From Thermosulfurimonas dismutans (GTDB lineage Bacteria > Desulfobacterota > Thermodesulfobacteria > Thermodesulfobacteriales > Thermodesulfobacteriaceae), in assembly GCF_001652585.1 (NCBI RefSeq), contig NZ_LWLG01000014.1:30001-62000 (forward strand): a stretch of 32,000 nt of DNA. The letters run 5' to 3'. Below the pieces are notes generated by a model. The model did not search any database and had not been told where the DNA came from. It saw only the letters and a list, made by a program, of their open reading frames with translations. Position numbers and translations under genes: made by a program. Shown here in pieces: positions 24,969 through 32,000 of the stretch. Numbering within the stretch: the first letter of the stretch is position 1; each line of letters opens with the position of its first letter.

Positions 24969-26542
24969 TTTCCAAAAAGTCTTAGACATTCAAAAAGCCT
25001 GGTCTTCACCTTTTCAGCCAGGTTTTTCGGGGGTTCGGTGGTCTCAAGGCGAAGCAGGTTTTCAGGTGGAATCTCTCCCGGGGCCTCAAAGCGTTTCTTC
25101 TGGGCTAAATAGATCTCCCAGCGTCCGTCCGAGGGTTCCTCTGCTTCTTGCGCCCGTCTCTCAAGCCTTTCCCGGATAACCTCAGCTGGAGCCTCGCAAA
25201 GGATGAAGAGGATCGGCACTTCCAGTTTTCGGGCCAGCTGCAACAGGGTTTCTCGGTGGGCGCGCTTGCGGTAGGTGGCATCAAGCACCACATCCCGGCC
25301 GGAGGTGAGGGACGCCTCCGCCCGCCGCAGGAGTTCCTCATAGGTGCGCTCGGTCATCTCCGGGGCGTAAAGTCCCTTTTCAAAGGGTTCGTAGCGGTGT
25401 TCTGAGGGTAAAAGGCCCGCAAGCTCCTTTCTTACTACATCCGAGTTGTAGTATTCCGCAAGGAGTTCGGCGTAAAGTGTACGGCCTAAAACACTCTTTC
25501 CCGTGCCCGAAAGCCCGAAGACCACGATAAGAAAAGGTTTTCCCCCGGCATAGCGGTAGGCCAAATCAAAGTACCTGCGGGCGGCGGTAAGAGCGGCCTC
25601 GCGCTCTTCCTGCGGCACCCCCTCCGAAGCCCAGGTAAAACAGCCGATCTTTCCTCGCACGTAAGCTCGATAGCACTTATAAAAGTCGAGGATGTCGTAA
25701 AGCCTGCGGTCATTGGAGAGTTCCACATAGCGCTCAATAAAGAAGCGGGAAAAATCCTCCAGGCCATGAAAATCGAGATCCATGGAAAGAAAAGCCAGAT
25801 CCTGGGCTACATCCCCGCAGCGGAAACGCTCATTAAACTCTATACAGTCAAAGACATAGACCTCGCGCAGATCGTCGTAACAGACATTGGCGGAGTAGAG
25901 GTCTCCGTGCCCGTCCCGGATAAAGCCCCCTTCTATGCGGGCGGAAAAGAGGGCCTGATTTTCCTCCATAAAACGCCTGGACCAGGAAACAATATACTCA
26001 TAGCGCAGGCGACTTAAGGCCTTTCCCACGAAATCCCGGGTCTGCTCAAAATTTTCCTCCACATTGAAGCGCACGGTCTCAAGGCTTCCGTAGCGGTTAA
26101 CTTCGGGGCCGGTCTCGGCCTCCTGATAAAAAGGTACAAGTTTTTGGACGAGAAGCTCCAAATGATTGCGGGTAAGGGCACCTTCTCTTATGAGGCGGCT
26201 CATCATGCCTTCTTCTGGAAGACGTCTCATTTTAACTGCCCATTCCACCACCTCGCCCTCACCCTCAAACCGAAAACCATCCGTGGTCTTCACCACCGGA
26301 ACCACCCCGAGGTAAATGTCAGGGCAGAGCCTGCGGTTTAGAACCACTTCCCTTTCGCAGAAGTGTTTGCGTTTTTCCAGGGTGGTGAAGTCCAGGAAGC
26401 CGAAGTCCACCGGTTTTTTTATCTTATAGACCAGTTCGCCTGCCAGAAAGACCCAGGAAATGTGCGTTTGTCTAAGCTCGATCCGTTCAGGCCGATGGGG
26501 ATAAGCCTCGGGACCCAAAAGATCTTCTATTAACCTTTCCAT
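24965..26542 (-). CDS. Fusion protein: N-terminal APH/protein-kinase-like fold plus C-terminal P-loop (AAA_33-type) kinase
   Basis: The N-terminal half has a kinase catalytic loop (IRDGHGDLYSANV) and FDCIEF. The C-terminal half has a Walker A (VFGLSGTGKSVLG) and an LDATY Walker-B-like motif. 525 aa. Confidence 0.75.
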   Translation of the reverse strand: MERLIEDLLGPEAYPHRPERIELRQTHISWVFLAGELVYKIKKPVDFGFLDFTTLEKRKHFCEREVVLNRRLCPDIYLGVVPVVKTTDGFRFEGEGEVVEWAVKMRRLPEEGMMSRLIREGALTRNHLELLVQKLVPFYQEAETGPEVNRYGSLETVRFNVEENFEQTRDFVGKALSRLRYEYIVSWSRRFMEENQALFSARIEGGFIRDGHGDLYSANVCYDDLREVYVFDCIEFNERFRCGDVAQDLAFLSMDLDFHGLEDFSRFFIERYVELSNDRRLYDILDFYKCYRAYVRGKIGCFTWASEGVPQEEREAALTAARRYFDLAYRYAGGKPFLIVVFGLSGTGKSVLGRTLYAELLAEYYNSDVVRKELAGLLPSEHRYEPFEKGLYAPEMTERTYEELLRRAEASLTSGRDVVLDATYRKRAHRETLLQLARKLEVPILFILCEAPAEVIRERLERRAQEAEEPSDGRWEIYLAQKKRFEAPGEIPPENLLRLETTEPPKNLAEKVKTRLFECLRLFGK

Positions 26543-26598
26543 TTCGCTTGCCCTCCTTTTTCAAAGGTTTTTATGAGATCAGACGGTAAGGGTCAAGG

Positions 26599-26627
26599 TT
26601 TGCATTTATTTTGATTATGCTTATAAT
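26599..26627 (+). promoter_or_regulatory. Strong candidate sigma70 promoter for the SPFH gene
   Basis: TTGCAT (26599-26604), a 17-nt spacer, then a perfect TATAAT (26622-26627), 30 nt upstream of the ATG at 26658, with an AAAGGGGGG RBS in between. Confidence 0.5.
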
Positions 26628-26657
26628 TTTAAATTAAATATCCCAAAGGGGGGCAAA

Positions 26658-27428
26658 ATGATTTATTCTTTTTATTTTTTAATTATTTTGGCTGTTTTGT
26701 TTTTGGCTTCGGCTATAAGGATACTTAGGGAATACGAACGGGCGGTGGTCTTTCGCTTGGGCCGGTTTCTTTCGGTAAAAGGCCCGGGCCTGATCATTCT
26801 CATTCCGGTTATTGACAAGATGCGCAAGGTAGATCTGCGAATAGCCACCTTGGATGTTCCTACTCAGGAGGTCATTACCCGGGACAATGTGTCCATAAAT
26901 GTAAGCGCCGTGGTTTATTTCCGGGTGGTTGAGGCCGAGAAAGCCGTGATTCAGGTTGAGGATTACTATTACGCCACGAGCCAGCTTGCCCAGACCACCC
27001 TGCGGAGCATCTGCGGCCAGGCGGAGCTTGATGAGATCCTTGCCGAGCGGGATAAACTTAACGCCAAGATACAAAAGATCCTTGATGCCGACACCGAGCC
27101 CTGGGGAGTCAAGGTTTCCAAGGTGGAGATCAAGGAGATTGATCTTCCCGAAGAGATGAAGCGGGCCATGGCCAAGCAGGCCGAGGCCGAGCGTGAGCGG
27201 CGGGCCAAGATCATCAATGCCCATGGCGAACTTCAGGCCTCAGAGACCCTGGCCGAGGCGGCTCGCATTATGTCCGAACAACCGGCTTCACTTCAGCTCC
27301 GATTCTTACAGACACTGCGGGAAGTGGCTACCGAAAATAATTCCACCATTATCTTTCCGTTGCCTATCGACCTCATTAAACCTCTTTTTGAAAAACTTTC
27401 GAAGTCCACGGAAACCGAAAAGATCTAA
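26658..27428 (+). CDS. SPFH/Band 7 (stomatin/slipin-like) membrane protein
   Basis: An N-terminal TM followed by [17 protein letters not shown]...[13 protein letters not shown]...TRDNV and an [10 protein letters not shown] coiled-coil tail. Confidence 0.9.
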   Translation: MIYSFYFLIILAVLFLASAIRILREYERAVVFRLGRFLSVKGPGLIILIPVIDKMRKVDLRIATLDVPTQEVITRDNVSINVSAVVYFRVVEAEKAVIQVEDYYYATSQLAQTTLRSICGQAELDEILAERDKLNAKIQKILDADTEPWGVKVSKVEIKEIDLPEEMKRAMAKQAEAERERRAKIINAHGELQASETLAEAARIMSEQPASLQLRFLQTLREVATENNSTIIFPLPIDLIKPLFEKLSKSTETEKI

Positions 27429-27442
27429 AAAAACGAACCGTT

Positions 27443-27537
27443 CATGCTCTCTAAAGAGCTCAACGAGAGCATGGAAAAGTTTGGTAGGGGCGGGCTTTAG
27501 GCCCGCCCGTAATTTCAGGGCGGGATGACCCCCGCCC
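27443..27537. repeat. Three consecutive hairpins after the SPFH gene; two are built from the GC-rich heptamer GGGCGGG/CCCGCCC
   Basis: CATGCTCTC (27443-27451) pairs with GAGAGCATG (27465-27473). GGGCGGGC (27488-27495) pairs with GCCCGCCC (27501-27508). GGGCGGG (27518-27524) pairs with CCCGCCC (27531-27537). No U-tails follow. Further heptamer copies occur at 27607-27613 and 27809-27815. Confidence 0.4.
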
Positions 27538-27671
27538 CTATTGAAGCTTTCCCCCATTCCGAAAGAAGAAGTCTTACACGGGACTTTGACGACCTTTTTA
27601 ATACCTCCCGCCCGCCATGCAGAAATGCCCCGTCCCAGCGGCTTCAAAAGCAGATGAGCTACCCCTCTAAC

Positions 27672-27702
27672 TTTGCACATTTAAAATTTTGCACACTTAA
27701 AA
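27672..27702. repeat. Two tandem ~16-nt direct repeats, TTTGCACAYTTAAAA
   Basis: TTTGCACATTTAAAA (27672-27686) and TTTGCACACTTAAAA (27688-27702) differ by one mismatch with a 16-nt period. A partial GTGCAC follows at 27710-27715. Confidence 0.5.
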
Positions 27703-27864
27703 TGTTAAGGTGCACGGTCCAAGATTCTGGCATAGCCGGTCCAGATGTTCTGCCACTTTCTCCTCTACAAATTTAAAGGTTTTTCTGAAACAAATATCCA
27801 ATAGCCCCGGGCGGGATGCTCAAAAGCCAATTTTTGAATGAGGTTTAGCAACCAGGGAGGATAT

Positions 27865-28237
27865 TTATAATAATATAATAATTAAACTTGAAAAGGCTCG
27901 TTGAGCCAGACGGGCTAAAGGTGCTCTAGTGATTTTAGCGGCTTCTTTGAGCATAATTTTCAGTTCCTTTCGGCTAAGCCGTTTTTTAATTTCGGTAAGG
28001 TCCTGGATTTCGAGTTCTTTTTCGGCCAGCATAGCCGTTTTAGTCTGGCATTTCAGCTTCAAGAGCGTTGAGGCGATTAGCCTCGGATGCGGAGAAGCCG
28101 TGTTATTTTTGGCGCCAGCGGTAGATGATTTGCTCAACAATGCCGTACTTTCTAGCGGTAGTGGCCATGGAATTACTTGGTGCCTCGGTTTCGGACAAAA
28201 TCTTTGCGATTTGGTCGATTTCAAAGCATTTTTTTAT
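27865..28237 (-). mobile_element. Decayed IS3-family transposase OrfA (HTH_Tnp_1-like) remnant; no OrfB/DDE domain present
   Basis: Minus-strand reading from 28237: (ATA)KKCFEIDQIAKILSETEAPSNSMATTARKYGIVEQIIYRWRQK*HGFSASEANRLNALEAE, then a frameshift to ..TAMLAEKELEIQDLTEIKKRLSRKELKIMLKEAAKIT. This matches the IS3/IS911 OrfA layout (HTH, YRWR, leucine zipper). A GAGGAG RBS lies 7 nt before ATA (a probable mutated ATG). There is an in-frame TAA at 28103-28105 and at least one frameshift near 28050. Confidence 0.6.
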
Positions 28238-28584
28238 AGTGTTGCTCCTCTTTTCTAGTATTTTCGCCTAATACAAAGGGTGTGCTAAATTTGGAAGGCA
28301 CTTCAAATATATGAAGCCTATTCGAAGCTTTATTTGCACCACGAATCAGCTTGAGGGACTGATTAAGGAGGTCAAGCTGAGGCTCAAGGTAATAGAGTTT
28401 TTTGTGAGCCTGGGCACCTTCCAAGGTGGTTATCTGGTGCTCAAGGGCCTGGAGGAATAAGGGACTGTAGGAGTTGAGAGAGGACGGGCTTGGTGCCTTT
28501 AGTCTTGGCCTCCCAGAAGTTTTTGACGATTCCTTCGAGCTATTTGTTTGGGAAAAGATAAGGTTCGAGTTTTCGTCTGGGCAT
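28238..28584 (-). pseudogene. Unidentified frame-disrupted ORF fragments upstream of the IS remnant
   Basis: The sequence GGAGGGAGGtggatcATG (ATG at 28584) opens MPRRKLEPYLFPNK, then an in-frame TAG at 28540-28542, then LEGIVKNFWEAKTKGTKPVLSQ..., with continuation only after a frame change (..LEGAQAHKKLYYLEPQLDLLNQSLKLIRG..). No family recognised. Confidence 0.25.
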
Positions 28585-28681
28585 GATCCACCTCCCTCCG
28601 AGATCTTTCAAATTCTACCCTTACACAAAATTTCTCCCGTCATCCTATCCAAAATTTTTTGATTCCGATTTCGATGGATGT

Positions 28682-28711
28682 TTGCAAAGAATCTATTGAA
28701 TGTCATATTAT
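28682..28711 (+). promoter_or_regulatory. Candidate sigma70 promoter for galE-pglB
   Basis: TTGCAA (28682-28687), an 18-nt spacer, then TATTAT (28706-28711), about 150 nt upstream of the galE start. Confidence 0.35.
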
Positions 28712-28775
28712 ACCAGGGGGGAGGAAGCTCAAGGAATGGAGGAAAAAATCAGCACAAGATAATCCGGGAATCTGA

Positions 28776-29843
<1,068 letters not shown>

Positions 29844-29844
29844 A

Positions 29845-31920
29845 TTGGATAAAAATAGGCTTTTGCTAGGGCTTAAATATTTTTTGCTCCTTTTGGTATT
29901 GGTAATAGGTCTTTACTTTCGGTTTGAGGACTTAGGGGGTTGGAAAGCTAGATATGCCTCTCTCTTTTATCTAGACGATCGGCCGCTTTTTACCAGTTAC
30001 GATGCCTTCTGGTTTGCGCGGCTAGCCAAGGATTATCAGGAAGGGCTCTATGATTTCGGCGATCGCGATCCCTTTAAATTCGTGCCGGACAACTATCTTA
30101 CCGAAAACTTCACCTATCCCCTTCTACCCATGGAAAGCTTTCTGGCTGCTGGAACCGCCAGACTTTTCGGGATCTCCATAGAGAAGTTTGCCCTCTATTT
30201 TACCCCTGTGGCCGCCGTCCTGTTTGCGATTCCGCTTTTTGTTTACTTAAACCGCCTGGGCTATCCCCTGGCCGGTCTTATGGGAGGGCTGGTGGGGGTC
30301 ACCAGTCTTATCTACCTCATCCGGACCTCCATTGTGCGGTTTGATACCGACAGCCTCAATCTCTTTTTCCCTTTTACGATAGCCTTTTTCCTGTGGAATT
30401 ACTTCCGGAGTTCAAGGCCTCTGTTCCAGGCCCTAGGAGCCTCTGTGGCTTCTTTGTTGTTTTACTGGTGGTATAGCAAAGCCCATCTGATATTGGTTCT
30501 TTATGCGGCCTTTTTGGTGCGTCTTTTTTGGGAGCGTGGGAAAAAGCTGACCTCTCTTGATTGGAAGGCCTTGGGTATTCTTATCCTTCCCCAGATCTGG
30601 TATCTGTGGCAGGCCCCTTGGGGGCTTTACAAGCAGATTATGGGGTATGTGATAAATATAACTTCTTCCGCTAGCCAACGTGGAATTTTTTCGGGTTTTC
30701 CCAATGTTTTGCAATCTATCTCCGAATTACAGAGCGCTCCCGGACTAAAGGGAGTGGCCTATTTTTGCCTCAACCACCAGTTTCTGCTGATCCTCGGACT
30801 TCTAGGAGCTTTCTTACTTTTCATAAAACGCTTCAGAGACCTACTCTTCCTTCTTCCTTATTTTGCTATAGGTCTTCTTACCTTCCGATCCGGGAATCGG
30901 TTTGCCATGTATCTGGCTCCTTTTATCGGAATGGGGTTGGGCTTTCTGCTGGAAGAGGTCCTGGCCCAGGGGAAGGGGTTAAGGCCTGATGGCTCCTTTG
31001 GGAATCGGCTCCTGAGGGAGGCGGTAGTCCTTGGTTTAGGGGTGCTTCTGGGAGCCGTGGTGGTTCTTTCTCAAAGCAAGAGCCTGGCCTACACAGCGGT
31101 TCCCAAGGTATTGGCTCCCCTGGCCCGGGACATGGAGGCCCTTCAAGAGAAGACCCCCCGAGAGGCTTGGATCTATACCTGGTGGGACCTGGGATACGCC
31201 TTTCAGTATCTTTCCAGACGGCCGACTTTTATAGACGGCGGTTCGCAGGGGACTCCTAAAACCTATTTTGTGGCCCTTTCTTTTACTACTCCTTCACAGG
31301 AAAAGGCCTACCATGTAACAGCCTTTCTCGCCGAAAAGGGGCTAAAGGGTCTGCGAGAGATCCTTGAGGAGTCCGGAAAGGATGCCGAGGAGGTGGTGGC
31401 CGACATCGTCTCCGGTAAATACGTCCAAAGGCTATCCCATCCGGTTTACTGGGTCTTCACTCCGGATCTACCGGCCAAGTTCGGCTGGATCCACTACTTC
31501 GGGAGCTGGGACTTTAAGAAAAAGAAGGGAACCTTCGGGTTTGTCAGGCCGGTTGAGGGCTGTCGACCGGCAAAGAAAAATCTTCTGGCCTGTCGAGGAA
31601 TGCTTCTGGATCTGGAAAAGGGCCTGGTAATCCAGGGCCTAAAGGCGTTGAAACTAAAGGAGATCGTGATCAAAAAAGGTGATGTCCTTTCAAGGAAAAG
31701 TTTGGCTTCGAAAGGCTTGATTTTAGAGATCGCTCAGGAAAAGGGCCGGACTTATTTTTATCTTGTGGATGAAAAGAGTTTTGTAAGCAACTTTAACCAA
31801 ATGTATATCTTGAGGCGTTACGATCCTCGCTATTTTCAATTGGTGTGGGACGACTTTCCTACCATGGTGGTCTATCGGGTCCGAGAAGATGATAATATAC
31901 TTGCCGGTCCGGATAGATAA
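29845..31920 (+). CDS. PglB/STT3-family oligosaccharyltransferase (N-linked protein glycosylation)
   Basis: 691 aa with a polytopic N-terminal ~430 aa and a soluble C-terminal domain. Catalytic-site layout: D53 (TSYDAFWFAR, nt 30001-30003), D167-T-D169 (RFDTDSL, nt 30343-30351), SISE294 (nt 30715-30726) and WWDLG at aa 446-450 (nt 31180-31194), followed by FIDGGSQGTPKTYFVALSF. This parallels Campylobacter PglB D56, D154/D156, E319 and WWDYG as I recall them. It has a TTG start 1 nt after the galE stop. Confidence 0.8.
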   Translation: MDKNRLLLGLKYFLLLLVLVIGLYFRFEDLGGWKARYASLFYLDDRPLFTSYDAFWFARLAKDYQEGLYDFGDRDPFKFVPDNYLTENFTYPLLPMESFLAAGTARLFGISIEKFALYFTPVAAVLFAIPLFVYLNRLGYPLAGLMGGLVGVTSLIYLIRTSIVRFDTDSLNLFFPFTIAFFLWNYFRSSRPLFQALGASVASLLFYWWYSKAHLILVLYAAFLVRLFWERGKKLTSLDWKALGILILPQIWYLWQAPWGLYKQIMGYVINITSSASQRGIFSGFPNVLQSISELQSAPGLKGVAYFCLNHQFLLILGLLGAFLLFIKRFRDLLFLLPYFAIGLLTFRSGNRFAMYLAPFIGMGLGFLLEEVLAQGKGLRPDGSFGNRLLREAVVLGLGVLLGAVVVLSQSKSLAYTAVPKVLAPLARDMEALQEKTPREAWIYTWWDLGYAFQYLSRRPTFIDGGSQGTPKTYFVALSFTTPSQEKAYHVTAFLAEKGLKGLREILEESGKDAEEVVADIVSGKYVQRLSHPVYWVFTPDLPAKFGWIHYFGSWDFKKKKGTFGFVRPVEGCRPAKKNLLACRGMLLDLEKGLVIQGLKALKLKEIVIKKGDVLSRKSLASKGLILEIAQEKGRTYFYLVDEKSFVSNFNQMYILRRYDPRYFQLVWDDFPTMVVYRVREDDNILAGPDR

Positions 31921-31938
31921 TTGTAATTTTACTTTCGA

Positions 31939-32000
31939 GCCCGGGTGGCGGAACTGGTAGACGCTGGGGACTTAAAATCCTCTGGGGTAACCCCCCGTGC
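31939..32000 (+). tRNA. tRNA-Leu (anticodon UAA), 3' part cut off by the window end
   Basis: GCCCGGG acceptor stem, TG, GCGGAACTGGTAGACGC D-arm, GGGGA-CTTAAAA-TCCTC anticodon arm (UAA at positions 34-36), and a long variable arm (GGGGTAACCCC) typical of class II Leu tRNAs. The T-arm is truncated. Confidence 0.85.

Noticed and set aside
26658-27428. SPFH/stomatin gene lacking the usual NfeD partner as a possible anomaly
   Set aside because: NfeD-less SPFH genes are common. The gene has its own strong promoter and looks like an ordinary monocistronic unit.
27306-27776. ORFs 27306-27680(-), 27193-27528(+) and 27525-27776(+) in and beyond the SPFH 3' end
   Set aside because: They overlap the SPFH gene or run through the GC-rich hairpin repeats. 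Their translations are R/P/G-rich and driven by repeat sequence rather than coding signal.
27672-27818. Possible CRISPR array or remnant, suggested by the short direct repeats
   Set aside because: Only two adjacent 15-nt units are present, with no spacers. The GGGCGGGATG copies are ~290 bp apart. There is no regular repeat-spacer periodicity and no cas genes.

Overview
This window reads as a gene-dense chromosomal segment of a dsrABD-carrying, sulfite-reducing Gram-negative anaerobe. The proteins are rich in charged residues, which suggests a thermophile, plausibly Thermodesulfobacteriota-like, but the taxonomy is inference only. All calls come from reading the ORF translations and the DNA by eye; no searches, folding or statistics were run. 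Order of content: mglB-mglA small-GTPase pair (minus strand, mglA runs off the window start); an unusual ~890-bp gene-free gap; dsrA-dsrB-dsrD; a long minus-strand string of eight genes (DUF465, ilvB, ilvN, transketolase, tatC, tatA, nucleotidyltransferase, APH-type sugar kinase); leuB-like dehydrogenase and thiC; an outer-membrane porin; a second minus-strand string (AAA_5/MoxR-like ATPase, 609-aa TraB/Tiki-like protein, iron-sulfur flavoprotein, PhnD-like binding protein, HAMP histidine kinase); DUF362; an RHH antitoxin with a truncated PIN toxin; engB; a class I cytochrome c; a radical-SAM DNA repair/modification-family protein coupled to an APH + P-loop kinase fusion; and an SPFH/stomatin protein. 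After that comes ~1.4 kb of decayed mobile-element debris with GC-rich hairpin repeats, then galE plus a PglB/STT3-type oligosaccharyltransferase, ending at a truncated tRNA-Leu(UAA). The four most interesting items are the AAA_5 ATPase paired with a TraB-like protein that has no VWA domain; the minimal galE-pglB N-glycosylation locus bracketed by IS debris and a tRNA; the hairpin-dense non-coding block upstream of dsrA; and the radical-SAM/kinase-fusion pair. No CRISPR array, rRNA or intact mobile element was seen.
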